Positions 16,400-24,500 of a stretch of 50,873 bases of DNA are shown one piece after another. This stretch comes from a virus. Lineage: Duplodnaviria; Caudoviricetes. The notes below the pieces were generated by a model. The model ran no database searches. It had not been told where the DNA came from and saw nothing but the letters and a program-made list of their open reading frames with translations. The DNA is taken from IMG/VR virus record IMGVR_UViG_3300048558_000003, positions 1 through 50,873 of that record. One strand, given 5' to 3'. Position 1 is the stretch's first letter. Every line of letters begins with the position of its first letter. A program made the translations under genes and the position numbers.

Positions 16400-17700
16400 G
16401 TAGCTCCCTACGGCTTGGACTGAGGAATCCATCCAAGTGTTACTAGGCTGAAGGCTCAGATAAAGCCTAGTTTCAATTATAAATTAGGTACTAGTGGAAA
16501 CCACTCGTCTTTCCCCCTGAAGGAAAGCGTAACAGCCACCATCCATCCGAATATCTATGCACTCGGGTTGTGCGTCAGAAAAAGGTTGGGTCCCAGAGTT
16601 GTGAACTGGTAGTGCTGAGGAGATCGCTGCATCCTTCCAACGGTTGATCTGCGAACCCTCCCACCTCACTCAGACTTGAGGAAGTAGTTTGGGGTGCAGC
16701 TTCGGTTGCGAAGCAAACTGGCCGTTTGCCACTTTCCACCAGTCTAAGATGGAGAAAGCTCAATAACCCTCCTAACGGTGAGGTTATGGCAACCAGACCG
16801 TCCCGCATCTATGCCGGAGACCACCGGCAGCTCATTTCTGATTCGGAAATGAGCAGCAAATAGCAAGTCGCTAAAACTAAACGGTGGGCATGACACCTAG
16901 TAGGTTTGGCAGATAGATGCCGAGGTCAATCCTTCCTCAGAAGGATATTCAACCGACTAAACGTCCTATCCCTAGAGGGTATGAAAGCGTAGTACGTAGC
17001 GGGTGGTGCTGCCATCGGTTATCTACTACTGCCTCCCGTCAAAGTGCTCCGGCAGGAAGGCTTGACGAACCTCTGCCGTCGAAAAGACCTAACGCACGAA
17101 TACACCTACATGTTGGCCGAAAGTTACAGATGCCTGTGAACAGTACCACCGGATGGTATAGTGGCGGTTCGATCCCTCCAACGCTTGGTAGCAGACCAGC
17201 GGAGCTGTTCGGAAGTATGGGCAAGTCTGAGCGGAGGCAGCCTCCTGCAAAGAGGTAAATTCTGGGGTGACGACCAGAACATGTTCTTACTGGGTGGAAA
17301 GGGCCGGTTCGAGTACCATAAGGTGGTGACAACCGACTTAACGCGAGACTGTTGATGCGAATATGCGTCCCATTAGCGCAGAAAGCTCTCAGGTGTCGGC
17401 AAGTGCCTAACTCTGTCTCGGACGCCGCGGACACTTCCCAGAGTGGAATACATGCCGGGATGTCCTACACACCGCTAAACCTAGGTTTTTAGTACCCCAA
17501 CTAATATCGACCGTTACATGGTTGAAAACGAAGGTGGGAATTCACTAGACAGGTTGACAGAGCAGATTACCAACCCTTCGCGCAACCTACACGCCGTGTC
17601 GAAAGCGTGTCCAAACTCCATAGGAGTATAGCTGTGAAGAAGACGTACTCAGTCAGCGGAGTAGCACTTCACAAAGTAGGAGCAGGGATTTTCTCTGTCT
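16400..17700 (+). ncRNA. Large (~1.1-1.3 kb) highly structured non-coding RNA, class unknown
   Basis: No credible ORF in a gene-dense genome; nested long-range helices (16639-48/17506-15, 16685-97/17492-503, 16882-92/17451-74, 16892-98/17391-97) plus many local hairpins; strand assumed from operon context. Confidence 0.8.
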
Positions 17701-17786
17701 CTCTATTAGCTTATCACAACTGGAGGCCCCCTTAACCTCCCCTGTATGTGGGGAGATAAATTAATAAGAACAATGGAGCATCACCC

Positions 17787-18083
17787 ATGTGGCCGTACAC
17801 TCAACCATTCATCATGATGCCCGGTCAAACTCAATCGGGTAATAACTACTCGACCAAAGATATGAAGAAATTCTACAAAGCTTTTATTCAGGCACAGCGC
17901 GAACTGGACGCAGCTAAGAAGCCTGAGGAAAAGAAGAAGGAAGAGAACAAAGCACCGTCCATGACTGCCAAGGAAATGTTGGCTTGGACTACCCTCTTCT
18001 CCCCAATCGTCGGATTGGGAATGATTAATCTCTACATCGTTTGTTATAACCAGATGAAGGTGGCGCTACAGACGCTACATTGA
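17787..18083 (+). CDS. Hypothetical membrane protein
   Basis: SD GGAG; C-terminal hydrophobic segment. Confidence 0.75.
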   Translation: MWPYTQPFIMMPGQTQSGNNYSTKDMKKFYKAFIQAQRELDAAKKPEEKKKEENKAPSMTAKEMLAWTTLFSPIVGLGMINLYIVCYNQMKVALQTLH

Positions 18084-18092
18084 GAGGGCATT

Positions 18093-18626
18093 ATGGCAGA
18101 TATTTGGTTTATCTCAGACACACACTTCTTCCACGAAAACATTATTCAATACTGTGGGCGTCCTTTTAAAGATGCTGAATTTATGAATGAATACCTGATC
18201 CAGATGTGGAATGAGACTGTAAAGCCTCAGGATAAAATTTACCATCTGGGAGATGTTGGTTTAGGATTTGGTGGGGACGACGATAAACTCATGCGCCTTC
18301 TCTCTCGTTTGAATGGGCATAAGAGATTGATTGTCGGTAACCACGACAATCTTAAATCCAAAGCTCTTCAGAATAATTTTGAGAGGATTGAACTGTGGGC
18401 TGGCCGTAAGGAATGGGATTTCACTTGCACACACGTCCCTATGGACCAGAGGCATCTCAGAGATGGGTGGATCAATGTCCACGGACATCTCCACAATAAC
18501 CCCAGTCCAGAATTCTATCAAATCTCTGTTTGTGTAGAACAGATTGACTATAAACCCATCCATTTGGATGACATTAAAGCTAAGATTAAGAAAATTGCAA
18601 AAACACATCCATCAATTAATCCCTGA
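18093..18626 (+). CDS. Calcineurin-like metallophosphoesterase
   Basis: SDTHF, HLGD, GNHD, THVP, HGHLH motifs. Confidence 0.93.
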   Translation: MADIWFISDTHFFHENIIQYCGRPFKDAEFMNEYLIQMWNETVKPQDKIYHLGDVGLGFGGDDDKLMRLLSRLNGHKRLIVGNHDNLKSKALQNNFERIELWAGRKEWDFTCTHVPMDQRHLRDGWINVHGHLHNNPSPEFYQISVCVEQIDYKPIHLDDIKAKIKKIAKTHPSINP

Positions 18627-19476
18627 CGTTCAGGGACTATTAAAGACAAAAGGTTGGTTCGGTGACGAACTCAGACAAGGATTTTCTACTGAAATTGTTG
18701 GACGCCTTGAAGGACAGTTCAGACAACGTGATTTTTCACCTAGCCTCAGACTCTCCCAAATGGGACGAAAGTGTCCGAGAGCTTTGTGGTATTCTATTCG
18801 CCACCCTGAGCAGGCTGAGGAGTTGCCTCCATGGGCAGAATTCAAATTCTCCTTCGGACACATAATCGAAGCACTCGCCATATCATTTGCTAAAGCTGCA
18901 GGTCACGAAGTCGTAGGAGAACAGGATGCAGTTTCTGTCGATGGGGTCGTGGGTCATAGGGATTGCATCATTGATGGCTGTCTCGTGGATGTCAAATCTG
19001 CTTCTAGTCCGAGTTTTGAGAAGTTCAAGACTGGGCGTATCGCAGAAGAGGACAGCTTTGGCTATCTGGATCAACTGGATGGCTATCTTGTGGGGTCTCA
19101 TTCAGACCCTCTGTTACGTGTAAAAGACAGAGCGTATTTACTTGCAATTGATAAACAACTAGGACATATGTGTTTATATGAGCACAGACTCAGAGAAGAA
19201 AGTATTAGACAGAGAATTCGAGAATATAAGCAGGTGGTTGAACAATCGTCTCCACCAGCTTGCGAGTGCGGAACTCTCGCCCCAGACGCGAGCGGAAATA
19301 CGCGCCTCGACGTTAAGAGCAGTTACAATCCTTACAAGTTCTGTTGCTTTCCGGAGCTAAGAATATTCATTTATTCTAAAGGCCCCCAGTATTTTACCAA
19401 GGTGGTCAAGACACCTACGTATAAAGGGGTTCCTTTAATGGAGATTGACCGTGCAGGTAATCCAGTCTTTCCTTAG
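18544..19476 (+). CDS. PD-(D/E)XK (Cas4-like) exonuclease
   Basis: LRLSQMG..CPRALWY, GHRD..VDVKS, QLDGY, C-terminal Cys cluster; true start probably ~18596. Confidence 0.85.
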   Translation: MTINPSIWMTLKLRLRKLQKHIHQLIPDVQGLLKTKGWFGDELRQGFSTEIVGRLEGQFRQRDFSPSLRLSQMGRKCPRALWYSIRHPEQAEELPPWAEFKFSFGHIIEALAISFAKAAGHEVVGEQDAVSVDGVVGHRDCIIDGCLVDVKSASSPSFEKFKTGRIAEEDSFGYLDQLDGYLVGSHSDPLLRVKDRAYLLAIDKQLGHMCLYEHRLREESIRQRIREYKQVVEQSSPPACECGTLAPDASGNTRLDVKSSYNPYKFCCFPELRIFIYSKGPQYFTKVVKTPTYKGVPLMEIDRAGNPVFP

Positions 19477-19605
19477 ACAAGAGATTAAGAGTGCAGAAAT
19501 GGTTATAAATTACTACCACATGCGTATGAGACAGTGGGAAGAGAGACGACGTGAAGCTCTTAAGAAACTAATTGCTGAACAAATTAAAGATTTTAACCGT
19601 AATTC

Positions 19606-19634
19606 TTGACCATTTATGAAAGATAATGTATAAT
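19606..19634 (+). promoter_or_regulatory. sigma70 promoter
   Basis: TTGACC-N17-TATAAT with TG just upstream of the -10. Confidence 0.7.
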
Positions 19635-19950
19635 GAAGTTGGGTTTAGACGAAACTAAATTCGCATTAAAGCAACGTATTGACGAATTAACGAAGTGGTT
19701 AGGGCGATATCCCAGTAGTCCAGAGACTTCTAGACGACAGATTGAGCTAGAGACCGCTAAAGAACAGTTGGGATTTATTGAGAAGAAGTAATGTCTGAAG
19801 ATGATAACTGCACTTGTGACAACCCCTTTCGTCCCGGACATAAGCTATTTCTTTGTGGTTCTGACCTTTGTGGTCGCATTAAGCATCTTATGGTTGATAC
19901 CTTGAAGACTACGAAAGGTTTCGATCCAGAACGTAAAGTTATAATCTTAA

Positions 19951-20292
19951 GTGAAGAAGATAAAGACTAGAAATAAGTTTGAGACTAAGCTGGTAAAGCA
20001 AGCTCAATCTTCTCCACATGAAGTGACGTATGAGTCTGAGAAGCTTCCCTACGTAATAGAAGGGAACTACATTCCAGACATAATCATACACAAGAAGCAG
20101 AAGATATACATTGAAGCTAAAGGACATTTCCGTCCAGAGGCTAAACGTAAGATGGTTGCTGTTAAGAAGCAACATCCTGAATTAGACATACGTATTGTCT
20201 TCTATAGTTATAACAAGAAATATATACGATGGGCCACTAAACATGGCTTCACGTTTGCAATTGGTGATATTCCCGATGAATGGCTTCTCTGA
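19951..20292 (+). CDS. Endonuclease I / Holliday junction resolvase (T7 gp3-like)
   Basis: YIPD..YIEAKG.F, HPELDIRIVF, WA.KHGF, IPDEWL motifs. Confidence 0.93.
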   Translation: MKKIKTRNKFETKLVKQAQSSPHEVTYESEKLPYVIEGNYIPDIIIHKKQKIYIEAKGHFRPEAKRKMVAVKKQHPELDIRIVFYSYNKKYIRWATKHGFTFAIGDIPDEWLL

Positions 20293-20372
20293 CCGTGATG
20301 TGTATTCCTTTGTTGCCGGACTAGGTATGGGCTGGTTTACAGCCGGTACGTTTATTTACTTCGTATTTACAT

Positions 20373-20513
20373 TTGTTAAGTAAGTTATTAGAGATTTACA
20401 CTCTAGAAGAAATATTAGAATACAATGATCTGTCTCCTGAGGACTGTCTACAGTTCTTAGTTGAGAATGAGTTCATTGAACTACCTGAAATAAAGCCGTT
20501 GGATTATGACTAA
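20373..20513 (+). CDS. Small acidic hypothetical protein
   Basis: Manually read ORF LLEIYTLEEILEYNDL.., TAATG-coupled to the NUDIX gene. Confidence 0.5.
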   Translation: MLSKLLEIYTLEEILEYNDLSPEDCLQFLVENEFIELPEIKPLDYD

Positions 20514-20938
20514 TGTATAATGTAGCAACTACAGCTATTATTTTTAACGACGATAATCAAGTTCTCCTTACTAAAAGAAGCAAATCAAAAAATAAATGGC
20601 CCGGTAAGTGGACGGTCCCCGGAGGCAGGTTGGAAGATGTTGATTTTATTGGGACTCCGACTGCGATTAACAATCAGTGGTACCATACCTTAGAAAATTC
20701 TCTTCGTAGAGAAGTGATGGAAGAAACTGGGGTTAAGATTACCGATATTCAGTATTTGTGTAATATAGCCATTCCTGATACAATTATTATCTCCTACACT
20801 GCCAGATATGCAGGAGGCATCATCGACCCTCAACCAGAAGAAGTAGAAGCTTACGCGTGGGCGTGGGAAAGCGATCTAGATGATTTCGACCTAATTGATG
20901 GGATCAAAGAAGAAATTATATTAGCATTTTATAAATGA
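20513..20938 (+). CDS. NUDIX hydrolase
   Basis: PGG..E and RREVMEETG Nudix box (with an insertion). Confidence 0.92.
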   Translation: MYNVATTAIIFNDDNQVLLTKRSKSKNKWPGKWTVPGGRLEDVDFIGTPTAINNQWYHTLENSLRREVMEETGVKITDIQYLCNIAIPDTIIISYTARYAGGIIDPQPEEVEAYAWAWESDLDDFDLIDGIKEEIILAFYK

Positions 20939-21186
20939 CTAAACACCCTAGGAATAAAGCCGAGAGGCGATTAATCGAAGCTAAGAAAAAGAAGAAGAGA
21001 GTCCCTATGACCCGTGCAGTTGAACTTTCTCAAGGACATGCCTGCAGTGCTGTGGAAGCATATCTGTTTTCTATGCGTTTGATTGATGCTGATGAGCGTG
21101 TAGTGTTCATCGCTAATGCTCCAAATGGATTGGACTATTTTATCTCCTTGGAGAAAATGAAAGAGCAGGAAGGAAGTGTAAATTAA
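20935..21186 (+). CDS. Hypothetical protein
   Basis: ATGA-coupled ORF. Confidence 0.6.
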   Translation: MTKHPRNKAERRLIEAKKKKKRVPMTRAVELSQGHACSAVEAYLFSMRLIDADERVVFIANAPNGLDYFISLEKMKEQEGSVN

Positions 21187-21441
21187 TTGGTTCGTAAAGA
21201 TAGAAATTATAAACAGGAAGCTGAGTGGGCTAGCTCTCCTGAACAAATAGCGCGACGTGTAGCTCGTAACCGTGCCCGTAGGAAGGCTATCCGAGAGGGT
21301 AGAGTTCGTAAGGGTGATGGTAAAGAGCTAGATCACGTCGGTTATCATCGGACTGGCAGTCTCGATAATGTCCCTACCCGTGTGACTACTCGTCGTGCGA
21401 ATAGGGAAAGACAACCTCCAACTAAAACTAAACGAAAGTAA
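21187..21441 (+). CDS. Small basic HNH-like protein
   Basis: RNRARR..KGDGKELDH..G..N..ANR pattern seen in podovirus HNH-like proteins. Confidence 0.7.
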   Translation: MVRKDRNYKQEAEWASSPEQIARRVARNRARRKAIREGRVRKGDGKELDHVGYHRTGSLDNVPTRVTTRRANRERQPPTKTKRK

Positions 21442-21482
21442 TATATTATACTCTGCATGACCAAGACAGAGAGGAAAGAAAA

Positions 21483-21659
21483 ATGGAAAATATCAATGTT
21501 CAAGAAAATCCTGAAGTGGCTGACATGGCCCTTCCGCAAGCTCTGGAGGCTGGTGAAGCCTTCTTCCAAACCGACGCAGAAGTCGGCGGTGACCCCATCG
21601 AAGCGGGGACGGCCGAGGAAGACGCCGACGGCACCCCAGACGGTGTGACAATTCACTAA
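21483..21659 (+). CDS. Small highly acidic protein (58 aa); overlaps basic ORF 21457-21648
   Basis: MENINVQENPEVAD..DGVTIH read manually; SD GAGGA. Confidence 0.55.
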   Translation: MENINVQENPEVADMALPQALEAGEAFFQTDAEVGGDPIEAGTAEEDADGTPDGVTIH

Positions 21660-21749
21660 ATCACGTATGCCTTACTCTACGAGACCCATTGCGTAACAAC
21701 AGATATCCCAAAGGCGTGCAGGCAAGTCCCGTAGTTGGACGTGATGTTG

Positions 21750-21781
21750 AAGGAGGTCTGAAAGGGCCTCCTTCTTTATTT
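21750..21781 (+). terminator. Intrinsic terminator-like hairpin
   Basis: GAAGGAGG..CCTCCTTC followed by TTTATTT. Confidence 0.7.
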
Positions 21782-21793
21782 GGAGTATAATAT

Positions 21794-22384
21794 ATGGAAA
21801 CTATTACCTACTATAATGGTAGTCCTACTATGACACTTGCAGCTTCAAACAGTACTATTAGTCAATATAAAGTATGCTCTCCTCTGAACCATTGGGGGAT
21901 TGGTATTATTGACGAACCAAAACAAGAGCCAGTAAAGGAAACTGCCATGTCTATCGAACAGAGCCAGATCGACTACCTCATTGTCCGTGCTCGTAACGTC
22001 AAGAGCAATCTCGACTACAAGCTGTGGGATCAGTTCAACATGTATGCGGACAACACTCCTAAGACTTACAAGGAGCTGATTGATGCCATCAAGGGTGGCA
22101 AGTACAAGTTGAACGAGAAGCGCACCAAGCAGATTGATGCGCGAATTGCTGCCGATGCTGATGAAGAATTTGATGACGACCGTTTCTACTTCAACGGTCC
22201 GTTTGATGGAATCATCTTCGATGGCCCTCGGCCTGATCGGAAAGGCAGGGACGCTGCGAGCGACGAGCTTGGTAAGGCGTTCACCAAGACTATGGATGCT
22301 ATCAAGGTTCTCCCCGCTACCGAGGGTCTGAAGGCCCTGCAGGAGTTCGAGAACTGGGTGCCGTCGAACCTGCCCAAGAACTAA
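21794..22384 (+). CDS. Hypothetical protein
   Basis: SD GGAG; strongly biased codons in the 3' part; a second start is possible near 21947. Confidence 0.8.
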   Translation: METITYYNGSPTMTLAASNSTISQYKVCSPLNHWGIGIIDEPKQEPVKETAMSIEQSQIDYLIVRARNVKSNLDYKLWDQFNMYADNTPKTYKELIDAIKGGKYKLNEKRTKQIDARIAADADEEFDDDRFYFNGPFDGIIFDGPRPDRKGRDAASDELGKAFTKTMDAIKVLPATEGLKALQEFENWVPSNLPKN

Positions 22385-22477
22385 TTCCAATACAGAGTAA
22401 GCTGCCGAAAGAGCAGCACTCTCCGAACCCTACGGTTCCTCAGACGCCCTCCGCTTCCGGAAACCGTAGGTAAACTT

Positions 22478-22512
22478 GACCCCTAGGTGTAAAAGCCTAG
22501 GGGTTCTTTTTT
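22478..22512 (+). terminator. Rho-independent terminator
   Basis: GACCCCTAGG-TGTAAAAG-CCTAGGGGTT followed by CTTTTTT. Confidence 0.9.
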
Positions 22513-22521
22513 GTCTTTTTG

Positions 22522-22550
22522 TTGATTAATATCTTATTTTATGGTATAAT
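22522..22550 (+). promoter_or_regulatory. sigma70-type promoter heading the lysis/morphogenesis operon
   Basis: TTGATT-N17-TATAAT with extended TGn. Confidence 0.75.
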
Positions 22551-22560
22551 GAGGCTACGT

Positions 22561-22812
22561 ATGACAGGTTTTTTCCTAGCCATTAGCTTATTCATTCAGA
22601 TACACAGTTGGTATGACTACGAATGTTGTCATGATAACGACTGCAAACCAGTACCTTGTGAACAAATAGAAGAGACTAAGCAAGGTTTCAAATATGACGG
22701 TCTGTTCTTCAGTAAGATTAAACCTAGCAAAGACAACCAGTGTCACGCTTGTATTTTGAAGTATGATGGAGGTAGAACTCCAATGTGTCTCTACCTTCAG
22801 ATGGGTGTCTGA
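22561..22812 (+). CDS. Small secreted Cys-rich protein
   Basis: Hydrophobic N-terminus; HSWYDYECCHDNDC..CHAC..CLY. Confidence 0.65.
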   Translation: MTGFFLAISLFIQIHSWYDYECCHDNDCKPVPCEQIEETKQGFKYDGLFFSKIKPSKDNQCHACILKYDGGRTPMCLYLQMGV

Positions 22813-23204
22813 TGAAAGCATCTGAACTTAAAGGTCTCTACGAGGACTATCTACGTATAGCAGACCCTACTGAATATAGATTCGCTGTAAGATGTATTGG
22901 CAGTTGGTCCCAATGGGAAGCTCTCCTCCAAGAAGAACCTCTTAAGACCGACATAGTTAAGTGGCGTCGTGAGCTTGAGGTTAAGCTTCGCTCAGAAGCC
23001 CTGCAGAGGATTATGGATGTCGCTTCTAACGAAGGGACTAGAGACAGCCTTCAGGCTAACCGTTATCTGCTGGAAGCTAACTATGGTAACAAAGATAAAG
23101 CTGGCAGACCTAGTACAAAAGCTATCGAACAAAAAGCAAAAGAATTAGTCGCCCACAATGAACAAGTGAAGGCAGACTTCCAGAGAGTTTTTAATAATGA
23201 ATGA
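22812..23204 (+). CDS. Probable terminase small subunit
   Basis: DPTEY.FA..W..W..WRRELEVKLRSEAL..GRP pattern; position at the head of the late operon. Confidence 0.65.
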   Translation: MKASELKGLYEDYLRIADPTEYRFAVRCIGSWSQWEALLQEEPLKTDIVKWRRELEVKLRSEALQRIMDVASNEGTRDSLQANRYLLEANYGNKDKAGRPSTKAIEQKAKELVAHNEQVKADFQRVFNNE

Positions 23205-23928
23205 TAATATGCGTCTCTCTCGTAAGGGAGCGAAATTTGTACAGAGCTTTGAAGGGTACTTCCCCAAAGCTTACCTAGACCCCATCGGTGTCCTAACCAT
23301 TGGTTGGGGACATACTAATCACCACGAGCCTAAGTTCTCTGCTGGTGAAGTATGGTCTAGAGAGAAGTGTGAAGAAGTATTCCGCAAGGATATGCGCATC
23401 TTTGAAGATGCTGTAATTCGTAACGTAAGAGTTCCACTAACCCAAGGACAGTTCGATGCACTCGTATCGTTTACTTATAATTGCGGAGAAGGAAACCTTA
23501 GGAAATCTTCTCTCCTACGTCGCCTCAATGCCGGAGACTATGAAGGAGCGGCTGCTCAATTTGCCTACTGGAACAAAGCTGGAGGTAGGGTACTTCCGGG
23601 GCTCACCCGTAGACGTACAGCTGAAGCCCTCATGTTCCGAGACACCTCCCTCTCCGTCTCTCCTAGAGCGGATGAGCCGATGGCTCAAGAGGTTGATGAC
23701 CCTAAACCTTCACTCTTCAAATCCAAGATAGTCCAGACCGCAACCACTGTAGGTGTAGCTGATGCGGCTAGTACCTTGCAGAGTGCTGCAGACGCCAAGG
23801 GTGCCGTTAAGGACCTAGGCTTCTGGGATCAATTAATCCACATTATGTCCATGCCCAGTGTATGGGCTGGCATTGCCATTCTAGTGGCTGTGGGTGCGAT
23901 TATCTACTGGCGCTGGAGAGATCACTAA
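23197..23928 (+). CDS. Endolysin, GH24 (T4-lysozyme-like) with C-terminal TM segment
   Basis: FEG..YLDPIGVLTIGWGHT, QFDALVSFTYN.G, GLTRRR..E; hydrophobic C-terminus. Confidence 0.93.
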   Translation: MNDNMRLSRKGAKFVQSFEGYFPKAYLDPIGVLTIGWGHTNHHEPKFSAGEVWSREKCEEVFRKDMRIFEDAVIRNVRVPLTQGQFDALVSFTYNCGEGNLRKSSLLRRLNAGDYEGAAAQFAYWNKAGGRVLPGLTRRRTAEALMFRDTSLSVSPRADEPMAQEVDDPKPSLFKSKIVQTATTVGVADAASTLQSAADAKGAVKDLGFWDQLIHIMSMPSVWAGIAILVAVGAIIYWRWRDH

Positions 23929-24342
23929 GTGTTGTGGCTCCTAGGCCTATTAGGCTCTAAAGGCATTACACTGGCTGTTGTTCTATCCCTCCTCGGCTCT
24001 GCCGCAGGTGGAGCATACGCAATGCGTAGGTGGGATAATGCAACTAAGTACAAAGAGCAGGTTAGTGCTCTTCAACATCAACTAGCCAAAGAACGACAGA
24101 TGCGTGCCGACGAGCAGAAAGCTCGTGAGCAAGATAATACTCAAGCGATCCAAGACGCAGCTGATTTAAAATCACTACAAGGAGTTATAGATGACATCAC
24201 TAGGAAAATTGGGAACCCTAGCAGTGTGTGCTTTTCTAAGCTTGAGTCTGATGAACTGCGCAGGCTCTGGAGCAATGGACAAGGTGGACACCGGGGCACC
24301 AAAGCAGGTTCGTTCCTTACCCGCAATTCCAGCAGACGTTAA
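23929..24342 (+). CDS. Putative i-spanin (Rz-like)
   Basis: N-terminal TM then coiled coil, directly after the endolysin. Confidence 0.7.
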   Translation: MLWLLGLLGSKGITLAVVLSLLGSAAGGAYAMRRWDNATKYKEQVSALQHQLAKERQMRADEQKAREQDNTQAIQDAADLKSLQGVIDDITRKIGNPSSVCFSKLESDELRRLWSNGQGGHRGTKAGSFLTRNSSRR

Positions 24343-24499
24343 GGTCTGCATCTTCACCGTTGTACCCGATCCGGGTGCAATCCAAACCAAAGAACAAATC
24401 GTAAAGGTCATGACTGACCTAAAGAAGTCCGAAGCCGCCAAGACCCGTTGTGGTAAGAGACTGATTAACTTCTACGAAGCTAATAAGCAGTATCTATGA
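24191..24499 (+). CDS. Putative o-spanin (Rz1-like lipoprotein)
   Basis: Signal peptide ending LSLMNC, Pro-rich segment, overlaps the i-spanin in another frame. Confidence 0.65.
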   Translation: MTSLGKLGTLAVCAFLSLSLMNCAGSGAMDKVDTGAPKQVRSLPAIPADVKVCIFTVVPDPGAIQTKEQIVKVMTDLKKSEAAKTRCGKRLINFYEANKQYL

Positions 24500-24500
24500 A

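Noticed and set aside
16904-16923. GTTTGGCA-N4-GATGCCG resembles the 23S rRNA peptidyl-transferase segment GTTTGGCACCTCGATGTCG
   Set aside because: Short match with no flanking rRNA similarity recognised; consistent with chance, so not called rRNA
16484-17434. ORFs 16484-16669, 16575-16808, 16917-17258, 17039-17434 and 17161-17355
   Set aside because: No SD, atypical R/P/S-rich composition, and they overlap the structured RNA; treated as spurious
16571-17610. Group II intron (GTGCG near 16572; CGCCGTGTCGAAAG near 17592)
   Set aside because: No proper domain V/VI pairing, no RT/maturase and no split gene
18544-19476. Cas4-like nuclease as a sign of a CRISPR system
   Set aside because: No repeat-spacer array or other cas genes; a common phage replication exonuclease
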